Assembly: GCA_044507735.1 (NCBI GenBank)
Contig: JBIQJB010000028.1
Location: 1-24,316, forward strand
DNA length: 24,316 bases
Reading direction: 5' to 3'
DNA from: Nitrosopumilales archaeon
GTDB taxonomy: Archaea > Thermoproteota > Nitrososphaeria > Nitrososphaerales > Nitrososphaeraceae
Every line of letters starts with the position of its first letter. Position 1 is the stretch's first letter. Below the pieces are notes generated by a model. It did no database searches. It saw only the letters and a program-made list of their open reading frames with translations, and was not told the origin of the DNA. The translations under genes were made by a program, and so were the position numbers. Below, one piece after another: positions 17,791-24,316 of this stretch.

Positions 17791-17885
17791 GACTGTGGAT
17801 GTGATAAACAACAACAAGAAGAAGCAAGTGATCTTTTAAGGCGAGTTTCTCCTGGTAAAGAAGGAAAAAGAGAAGGGAACGGAAC

Positions 17886-17900
17886 GAGGAAAAAAAGGAA
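17886..17900 (-). terminator. Oligo-T archaeal terminator after the pilin gene
   Basis: T7 run on the minus strand about 35 nt after the stop at 17930. Confidence 0.5.
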
Positions 17901-17929
17901 TGTGGCACTGGCTGGTAACAGCCTGTTTT

Positions 17930-18421
17930 TTACAATGTCTTGACAGTTACACTGAATGTATCCGTTGCTGTTGTTCCATCTGGGCCTGTATATGTAACTG
18001 TGCCAGTGAGCACGGTGCCGGCGACACTTGATCCCATGTTGGCAGCGGTGACACTTGCAGTGCCTGACTTGGTCTGGCCAGGGGCTATATCGTTGATGGT
18101 GATGCTCGCGCCGGTCACACTTGGGATGCTGACAGCCGCAGAACTGATGTGTACGCCTCCGTTGTTCTTTACTGTAGCAACAAATGTACCTGCACCGGTG
18201 CTGTCTCTGATGAGTTCCACATTTTCAATTACAGCCTTGATCCCTCCCTGCGCGTTGTTTGCGGTATTGAACGCATAGGCACCTGCTGCAGCTGCTACGA
18301 CAACGGCCACCGCTATCAGCGCTATGGTCGTGATTCCACCTGCTATTGCCCTGCGCTCTCCCGTCCTTGTCTTAGCTGCTTTTCGCTCTCTGTTATCAGA
18401 GTGTGTGGATGTTGAATCCAT
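17930..18421 (-). CDS. Archaeal type IV pilin (class III signal peptide)
   Basis: RRA|IAGGITTIALIAV; TVKNNGGVHI and IAPGQT motifs; ATG 18421 is 21 nt after TTATAA. Confidence 0.88.
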   Translation of the reverse strand: MDSTSTHSDNRERKAAKTRTGERRAIAGGITTIALIAVAVVVAAAAGAYAFNTANNAQGGIKAVIENVELIRDSTGAGTFVATVKNNGGVHISSAAVSIPSVTGASITINDIAPGQTKSGTASVTAANMGSSVAGTVLTGTVTYTGPDGTTATDTFSVTVKTL

Positions 18422-18440
18422 GCAAGGCAATAATTTGTAC

Positions 18441-18450
18441 GATTATAAGC
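18441..18450 (-). promoter_or_regulatory. TATA box GCTTATAATC of the pilin gene
   Basis: Same motif and spacing as the boxes at 14795 and 20180. Confidence 0.65.
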
Positions 18451-18667
18451 AACTGTTTGATTGACTCTTGTGCCTATTATCATTCCATCCCGCTGCAGCT
18501 GAATTTCATAATTTATGAAAAATCACCTATTATGTTACCGAACATGCTCACGCTAGCCCTCTAGTATCCATATATGGAAACTTTAAATCATAGTATACTT
18601 TTCTAAATATTGGTGACAGCAATTTAGAAGGAAAAATTCTCTAAGCAAATATTGGATATCGAAAAGC

Positions 18668-19393
18668 ATGCTAGCCAAGAAGACATTAGTTATGGCGTCC
18701 GCATCCCTATTGCTCGCCAGCATGACTGCGCTATCCCAAATTCCTGCACACTTCTTCAAGACAGCAGACGCGGCTACCTGTACTCCGGCAAATCATTGTT
18801 ATGCACAGGAGGAGATTTCATCTGTGACAAATTATGGCAACAAATATCGGACGATAATTTCTGATCTGACCCTGTCAGATTACTGTAACAACTTCATCAC
18901 AGTCGAACAATGGGTAGGTCTTCCAAATGGTGATTGGTTAGAAATGGGAACCATGGTTGGCAAGAATCCCGTAAGTGGAACTTGCCATACTACCGAAAAG
19001 ACTTTCAGCGCCAAGCGAGTAAGCGGTGTGTATAGCGAGACCACTCACAGTTCAGTGACTATAGGCAACACATACATCTATGAACTGAGCGACACAAACA
19101 AAGACAAGACATGGCGCGTATTGAGAGGCGGCACCGAACTTGGAACAATGACAAGCCCATACGCAAACGGAATCGGAGTAACTGTGGGTGCAGAAACAAC
19201 GGTGGATTCAGGTCTTCCCAAGACACACATATGGGATATTGCTTGGTACAAGAGCACGAACGTGTGGGAATTTTGGGACATTGCAGACTTCTTTGGCGAG
19301 ATACCATCGAATAATCCATTATGGATAATAAACTGTACGCCTAACTATACCCATGTCCACGTGGGCAGTGGCACTGTAGGAGATTGTACCTAA
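18668..19393 (+). CDS. Secreted beta-rich protein, possible neprosin-like glutamic peptidase
   Basis: N-terminal signal peptide; WLEMG and VGAE motifs; six Cys residues. Confidence 0.65.
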   Translation: MLAKKTLVMASASLLLASMTALSQIPAHFFKTADAATCTPANHCYAQEEISSVTNYGNKYRTIISDLTLSDYCNNFITVEQWVGLPNGDWLEMGTMVGKNPVSGTCHTTEKTFSAKRVSGVYSETTHSSVTIGNTYIYELSDTNKDKTWRVLRGGTELGTMTSPYANGIGVTVGAETTVDSGLPKTHIWDIAWYKSTNVWEFWDIADFFGEIPSNNPLWIINCTPNYTHVHVGSGTVGDCT

Positions 19394-19414
19394 AGGAGGA
19401 ATGACGAAAGAAAA

Positions 19415-20104
19415 ATGGTAGCAACAGAAGGAACCGCGCGCAGAATCAAAACCAAATCCGTGTTTATAGTGGGAATAGCCGTCGCAGCAGTGCTGGCAGC
19501 GTCCCTTACGGCATATATGCAGTCCTCGATGTTGGCCATTCATGAAGACGACTCATCAAGTTTATACAACCCAAGCAATAATGACGCGAACCTGCAAAAA
19601 GGTCCGCCACCCATGCCATTGAGCGGATGGGGGCCAAAGCTGCAATCCTTTGACGAAGCAAAAGAATCATCCGGATTGGCAACAATATCTCTTCCTACAC
19701 GTGTTCCCTCAGAGGTAGCATTTGACTCCGCTAGGGTCCTATCTTCTCCGGGTGACTCGACTAGCATAGTAACGGTCTTCTACACTCCAAAAGGCGTAAC
19801 TGCAGACGACACCACTACATTCCAAGATATCATGTCAAATGGTGGAATAGCAATAGTCTACGCCAAAGAGTCGGTATCGCCAGAATTTGACAGGGACAAA
19901 TGGATGGAGGATTTCGTAAATGAAGCTCCCGAGGTCCGGCGAATCGTGGATATCAACAACACGCCTGCTGTAGTCAACATGGGCAACATGGATCAAGAAA
20001 TTACTGCCCAAGTGCTCTTTTACAAAGGAGGCGTCCAGATAAACTTGGTCTCCCTAAAATACACAGACACAGATCTGATAGAGATCGCAAAAACAATAAC
20101 CTGA
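19415..20104 (+). CDS. Membrane-anchored extracellular protein (DUF4367-like)
   Basis: N-terminal TM; SFDEAKESSGLATISLPTRVPS and DLIEIAKTI patterns; 21 nt downstream of the previous gene. Confidence 0.65.
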   Translation: MVATEGTARRIKTKSVFIVGIAVAAVLAASLTAYMQSSMLAIHEDDSSSLYNPSNNDANLQKGPPPMPLSGWGPKLQSFDEAKESSGLATISLPTRVPSEVAFDSARVLSSPGDSTSIVTVFYTPKGVTADDTTTFQDIMSNGGIAIVYAKESVSPEFDRDKWMEDFVNEAPEVRRIVDINNTPAVVNMGNMDQEITAQVLFYKGGVQINLVSLKYTDTDLIEIAKTIT

Positions 20105-20110
20105 AAAAGC

Positions 20111-20128
20111 CTTTTTCCTTTTTATTTA
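20111..20128 (+). terminator. Oligo-T terminator
   Basis: Two T5 runs directly after the stop at 20104. Confidence 0.55.
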
Positions 20129-20179
20129 TCCTAGATAACCATCCAGGGTACTAAGAATTCATGTAGGGCAATAGTTTGT

Positions 20180-20192
20180 GCGCTTATAAGCG
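20180..20192 (+). promoter_or_regulatory. TATA box GCGCTTATAAGCG of the pilus ATPase operon
   Basis: TTATAA ends 21 nt before GTG 20211. Confidence 0.7.
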
Positions 20193-20210
20193 ACCGTTTC
20201 ATTAACCACT

Positions 20211-21635
20211 GTGCCTACACCTACATCATTCAATCCAGCTGCCAATGTTCCCAGTCATACTGCTGTCATAGCTGATGGGGGAAAAAATGTCGGGCTGCGC
20301 GAGCTTACCAAATACACAATCGGCGAGGCCGGTGTAACGATCTACGGGGACTACAGGCGGGCCATCGGCAGGTATGTTGTAAAGGAGCCAGAGCTCACCG
20401 AACATGGCAGGATAGCCTACCGCATGTTGATGGAAGAGCTCCAGTCCTCGCCTTCAGTCGGCAGCGACGCCATGACCGTCGACAGGCTGGAAAAAGAGGT
20501 TGACGCAGCTGCTGAAATCTTGAACATAGCAGGGGCTGTGAATAGCGAGCGCGATGCGATACTGTACAGGTACACAAAAGAGATGCTTGGTTGGGGCAGT
20601 GCCGACGTGCTGTTTAACGACCCCGACATAGAAGAGATAACGCTCCCCAGCCCCCGGGAGAGCATATTTGTCATACATCGCAGGTTTTCAGAGTTCAACT
20701 ACATGGAGACGAACATCAGGTTCGAAAATGCCGCCGAGGCCGACAGGTTTGTGCACCGGATGATGCACAGAGTCAACAGGTCGCCTTCAGTGGCAAACCC
20801 CATAGTGGACGGCACCGACGGCACCGGCAACAGGTACGCCGTATTTCTGGGCGAGGAGGCGTCGCGTGGGTCGACATTTACAGTGCGAAGGATATCGCAG
20901 AAGGCAAGGAGCCTCCAGCAGCTGGTGGCGGATAACATGCTGTCTGCGGAGGCAGCAGAATACCTGACGCTGCTCATGCGTGCAAAGGCGGTGGTGTTTG
21001 TGATAGGGCCCACAGGGTCTGGAAAAACGACTCTCCTCAATGCCCTTGTCAACGAGATGCCTGAAAACTGGAAGTACATCACCATCGAGGAGACGCAGGA
21101 GATACAGGTCAACCACAGGGTATGGGTATCCACCTTTACGCGGTTTTCACAAAAGAAGGAATACAGCATAACCATCATGGACCTTGTAAAGGCGTCACTC
21201 CGGCACAGGCCTGACCTGCTGGTGGTGGGCGAGTCAAGGGGAGAGGAGGTGCGCGAGATGTTCCAGGCAGCAGCGACAGGGCACGGCCTGATAAGCACGT
21301 TCCACGCCACAGACACGGCCGCCATGCTGAGCAGGATGATGGGCGAGCCGCTGAGCGTCAAAGAGTCGTTCATACAGGTGATATGGGCCGTCGTGACGGT
21401 CATGCCGATATCCTGCGACGACGGATCGCGCATCAGGAGGGTGATAGGCATAGACGAGATAGTGAGAGAAAGAACAGGCTCCTACAGGGTGGAAAGCACA
21501 TTCAGGTACGACTATGCCGGCGACAGGCTGGTGTGCGCCGCTCCTGAGAAGGACTACAGGAGGACCGCAAGGGCGCTCGAAGCCATGAAGATAACTGGCA
21601 TTTCCAGAGATGGCAGGAGCGCAGGCGCAGGATAA
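20211..21635 (+). CDS. Type II/IV secretion ATPase (VirB11/TadA/FlaI family)
   Basis: DPDIEEI, Walker A GPTGSGKTT, TIEETQE, LRHRPDLLVVGESRG and GHGLISTFHA motifs. Confidence 0.95.
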   Translation: MPTPTSFNPAANVPSHTAVIADGGKNVGLRELTKYTIGEAGVTIYGDYRRAIGRYVVKEPELTEHGRIAYRMLMEELQSSPSVGSDAMTVDRLEKEVDAAAEILNIAGAVNSERDAILYRYTKEMLGWGSADVLFNDPDIEEITLPSPRESIFVIHRRFSEFNYMETNIRFENAAEADRFVHRMMHRVNRSPSVANPIVDGTDGTGNRYAVFLGEEASRGSTFTVRRISQKARSLQQLVADNMLSAEAAEYLTLLMRAKAVVFVIGPTGSGKTTLLNALVNEMPENWKYITIEETQEIQVNHRVWVSTFTRFSQKKEYSITIMDLVKASLRHRPDLLVVGESRGEEVREMFQAAATGHGLISTFHATDTAAMLSRMMGEPLSVKESFIQVIWAVVTVMPISCDDGSRIRRVIGIDEIVRERTGSYRVESTFRYDYAGDRLVCAAPEKDYRRTARALEAMKITGISRDGRSAGAG

Positions 21636-21651
21636 TTCGGATGAGTGAGCT

Positions 21652-23874
21652 ATGGCCTCTGTCAACAGCATTGTAGAACGCTTGAAAAAAGAGGCGAGGG
21701 AACTTATCGGCACTCATGATGAAGGAAGGATAGTAGTAGATGATGATATTGAATTTGGACCCGGGCCTGGTGACGACAACAGCAACAAAAGCGTTGGCCT
21801 GATTGCGAGTGATGACGGCAGCAACAGTAGCAGTAGCAACAAAAAATACAGGCATTATTCCACGCCGGTCGCGAGCAGGGTTGCAGGCAGTATATCCTCG
21901 CCTGGCGCAAAGGCGCGGGCCTTCCGCGCCGCACTGATAGCAACTGCTGTGCTGTATGCTTATGCGCTAACCTCCCACCCTGTCATCCCTATAGGGCTTG
22001 CAATAGCTGCATTTGATCTGCTCATAGGCCTTGAAAAAATACCGCTGTGGGTTCACAGCGCCACATTATCTGTTGCCATCACGGCCAGGGAAAAAAGTAC
22101 ACAGAAGCGCGTACGCTTTAACATCCGTGAAGTCCCTGCAGCAGTCGAGAGATCCAGTGCATACCGCTGGGCCCGGAAGGAGTTCCAGGAGAGGCTGCGA
22201 CTTGCGTCGTCTGGAGTTGCGCTGGCAGGGTCGGCTACAGACAGGGCCCGCAAGTATCTGAACGTCGCACTTGCACTTTCCCCTGCCATGATATTCGCCG
22301 CCGGTGCTGCGGCAGTTATGGTCCACCCGTATTTTGCATTACTCATTGCTGTACCCGGCGCGGTCATAGCCGCCCCGTTCCTGTCGCTGAAACTCAAAAG
22401 AGCAGAGAGGGGAGAGATAGACGACGAGCTGCCGTTCTTCTTGATCGTGGCAGAGATGCTTGCGCTTGTAGAAAAGCCGCTGATACACGCATTCGAGCTG
22501 GTAGCCAGGAGCGGCGACATGCTGCCAAAGGTGCGAAAGGAGGCAGAGATAGTCAGGCGCGACGTGAACGCATTTGGATATACTCCGGACCAGGCAATAG
22601 ACAGGCTTGCAAAGACGCACCCGAACGCGGAGCTGCGATCAATCCTTCACGGCTATCTCTCGTCCATGAGCCTTGGCCAGAGCGTCGCGCAGTACCTCCA
22701 GAACAAAGCCGAGACATACCTTGGCCGCCTGGAGGCCAAGTACGAGCGCTACAAGGACAATGCTGGCACGGTCGGCGAATTGGTCCTCATAATGCTCATG
22801 ATAATGCCGCTCACGGCGTCGATCTCTACACCCGGAGGCGGCAGTGCAGCAGGCCAATCCTCAATGCAGCAGTTCATGCTCGTGCTGGCGATACCGTCAA
22901 TCGCTGTGGCCATGTTTTTCATGCTCGACAGGGCGCAGGTAAAGGGCCCGGACCAGTACCGCAGCAATCAGGATGAAAAAGGAGGGGACAAAAAAGATAG
23001 AAGGAAAGGGAGCGGCGCGCGCAGCCAGTCACTTCCACAGCAGCTGCCAATAATCCCGACAGTTTCTGCCGCCGCTGCTCTGGCCGCGGTGATCCTTGTA
23101 TTTGGATTCGCAGACCCTGTCGCCATATTACTTGCACCTGTTGCAGCGTTCTCTATACCATACGGGATGATTGTCCGGCGCAGGATAAAGGCAGAGGAAA
23201 ACATGGTCCTCGAGCTTGCCGAGTTCCTCCGGACCGTTGCAGAAGTGATGAAGACAGGTATGGACGTGGTTTCTGCCATACGCCATACAGGCACTGACAG
23301 GTTCACGGTGCTCAGGCCGCACATAAGGAACATCAAGCATGGCCTTGCCGCTGGCAAGACCCTTGACAACATGATGCATCCGGCGGCGCGCTCCGGGGGC
23401 TTTTACCTGCGCTATTCCCTGCTCATCATGTCGGCGCTGGCAGCAAGCGGGGCTACCAGCTACGCCATGCTCGACAGGCTTGCAGAATACCTGGGCAGGA
23501 TAAGGGAGCAGAATGCAAAGGTGAAAAAGTCGGTCATGGTGTACGGATTTCTCGTCGTAACTTCGCCACTCTTTATGTTGTTTGCGATACATGCCATGGC
23601 ATCGATGACAGGACAGTTTACCACCCTCACTGAAGGAACGGAAGGCGACGCGTCGCGGGAGGTCAACCTGCCGGGGATTGGAGGGATGCCCACGCCCATT
23701 GGGAGCGTTGACCCAGAGTCGCCGGCAATCAAGGCCATGCTCGTGCTAACCGCCCTTGGTGCCGGGCTCCTTGGCGGCAAGATGATCAACAGGACGATAA
23801 GGGACACGGTGCCACTGGCTATCGCCTGCATAATCACATTGGTGGCACCTGTACTGCTGGGCGTTGTATGGTAA
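21652..23874 (+). CDS. Type IV pilus membrane platform protein (TadC/FlaJ-like, two T2SS-F domains)
   Basis: IDDELPFFL and LAEFLRTVAE...TG repeats with multiple TM helices; directly follows the ATPase. Confidence 0.88.
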   Translation: MASVNSIVERLKKEARELIGTHDEGRIVVDDDIEFGPGPGDDNSNKSVGLIASDDGSNSSSSNKKYRHYSTPVASRVAGSISSPGAKARAFRAALIATAVLYAYALTSHPVIPIGLAIAAFDLLIGLEKIPLWVHSATLSVAITAREKSTQKRVRFNIREVPAAVERSSAYRWARKEFQERLRLASSGVALAGSATDRARKYLNVALALSPAMIFAAGAAAVMVHPYFALLIAVPGAVIAAPFLSLKLKRAERGEIDDELPFFLIVAEMLALVEKPLIHAFELVARSGDMLPKVRKEAEIVRRDVNAFGYTPDQAIDRLAKTHPNAELRSILHGYLSSMSLGQSVAQYLQNKAETYLGRLEAKYERYKDNAGTVGELVLIMLMIMPLTASISTPGGGSAAGQSSMQQFMLVLAIPSIAVAMFFMLDRAQVKGPDQYRSNQDEKGGDKKDRRKGSGARSQSLPQQLPIIPTVSAAAALAAVILVFGFADPVAILLAPVAAFSIPYGMIVRRRIKAEENMVLELAEFLRTVAEVMKTGMDVVSAIRHTGTDRFTVLRPHIRNIKHGLAAGKTLDNMMHPAARSGGFYLRYSLLIMSALAASGATSYAMLDRLAEYLGRIREQNAKVKKSVMVYGFLVVTSPLFMLFAIHAMASMTGQFTTLTEGTEGDASREVNLPGIGGMPTPIGSVDPESPAIKAMLVLTALGAGLLGGKMINRTIRDTVPLAIACIITLVAPVLLGVVW

Positions 23875-23892
23875 CTAGGCCAAAACTGTACG

Positions 23893-23994
23893 TACACCAA
23901 CAGAGATGTTGGTGTAGGTCATCTTTCTATCCTGTCAGATTGGTGACCAATGCGGTCTTATCGCCGTTTTTAAAGCATCGGGACATTGCTGCAT
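23893..23994 (+). promoter_or_regulatory. Second copy of the palindrome-containing promoter module (TACACCAACA-GAGA-TGTTGGTGTA, TATA 23968-23973, ACATTG at -12)
   Basis: Aligns with the minus strand of 2824-2921. Confidence 0.7.
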
Positions 23995-24316
23995 ATGTCC
24001 GGACCGCCGAAGAAGGCAAGATGCCCTCCATCATCATCAATTGTTATCTCTGTAGTTATCATTGTGATGATCCTGACTTCATCGTCGATGACGACTATCG
24101 CAACCGCTCAGAATGTAGGATTTGACAATGATGATAGTACCAATGCCAGCATCACCCTGTGGATCCCTCCAAAAATGCTGGCTGGCGAAAAGTATTCCGG
24201 AGTTGTTACTGTGGCAGAGCCTGAGGGTTACGACAGGGACGTACTGATTGTGTCTAGCAATCCTGGCGTGATAAGAGTACCGGAACGTGTTACCATAAAA
24301 GCAAACATGCACCAGG
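23995..24316 (+). CDS. Secreted or surface protein, possibly Ig-like (partial, runs off the window)
   Basis: Not in the ORF track. Open frame MSGPPKKAR...IVISVVIIVMILT...ATAQ (signal peptide)...LIVSSNPGVIRVPERVTIKANMHQ; ATG is 21 nt after TTTTAA. Confidence 0.8.
   Translation, partial: MSGPPKKARCPPSSSIVISVVIIVMILTSSSMTTIATAQNVGFDNDDSTNASITLWIPPKMLAGEKYSGVVTVAEPEGYDRDVLIVSSNPGVIRVPERVTIKANMHQ

Noticed and set aside
6196-18421. Shufflon-like inversion system among the pilin genes
   Set aside because: The shared N-termini differ at most synonymous positions, no repeated crossover site is visible, and no intact recombinase lies in the window.
23868-24125. 85-aa ORF after tadC
   Set aside because: It overlaps the promoter module and a better frame starting at 23995 that encodes a signal peptide.
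1-24316. CRISPR array, tRNA, rRNA or att site
   Set aside because: No regularly spaced repeats or recognisable structural RNA genes were seen by eye; element boundaries appear to lie outside the window.

Overview
Archaeal DNA, most likely Nitrososphaera-like Thaumarchaeota (inferred from archaeal class III pilins, TATA-box/leaderless promoter spacing and protein style). The window looks like part of an integrated conjugative element. A T4SS-type arm (VirB2-like pilin, PrgI/VirB3-like protein, VirB4 ATPase; about 1-6650) and a type IV/Tad pilus arm (pilins, VirB11/TadA ATPase, TadC/FlaJ platform, a secreted protein running off the end; about 14800-24316) flank a more AT-rich cargo block. The cargo holds a stand-alone trpBA pair, a PaaK-family adenylate-forming ligase, a DUF2798-like membrane protein, a frameshifted AbrB/VapC pair, a tyrosine-integrase remnant, a Fic protein and a restriction-modification remnant. 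A tnpB-only IS200/IS605 element with IS608-like ends (15320-16882) sits exactly on a pilin stop codon without changing the protein. The most notable signals are an apparently circularly permuted VirB2-type pilin, a duplicated palindromic upstream module 21 kb apart, and two promoter classes with identical TATA-to-start spacing across the transfer genes. All family calls come from motif recognition by eye; no database search was run.
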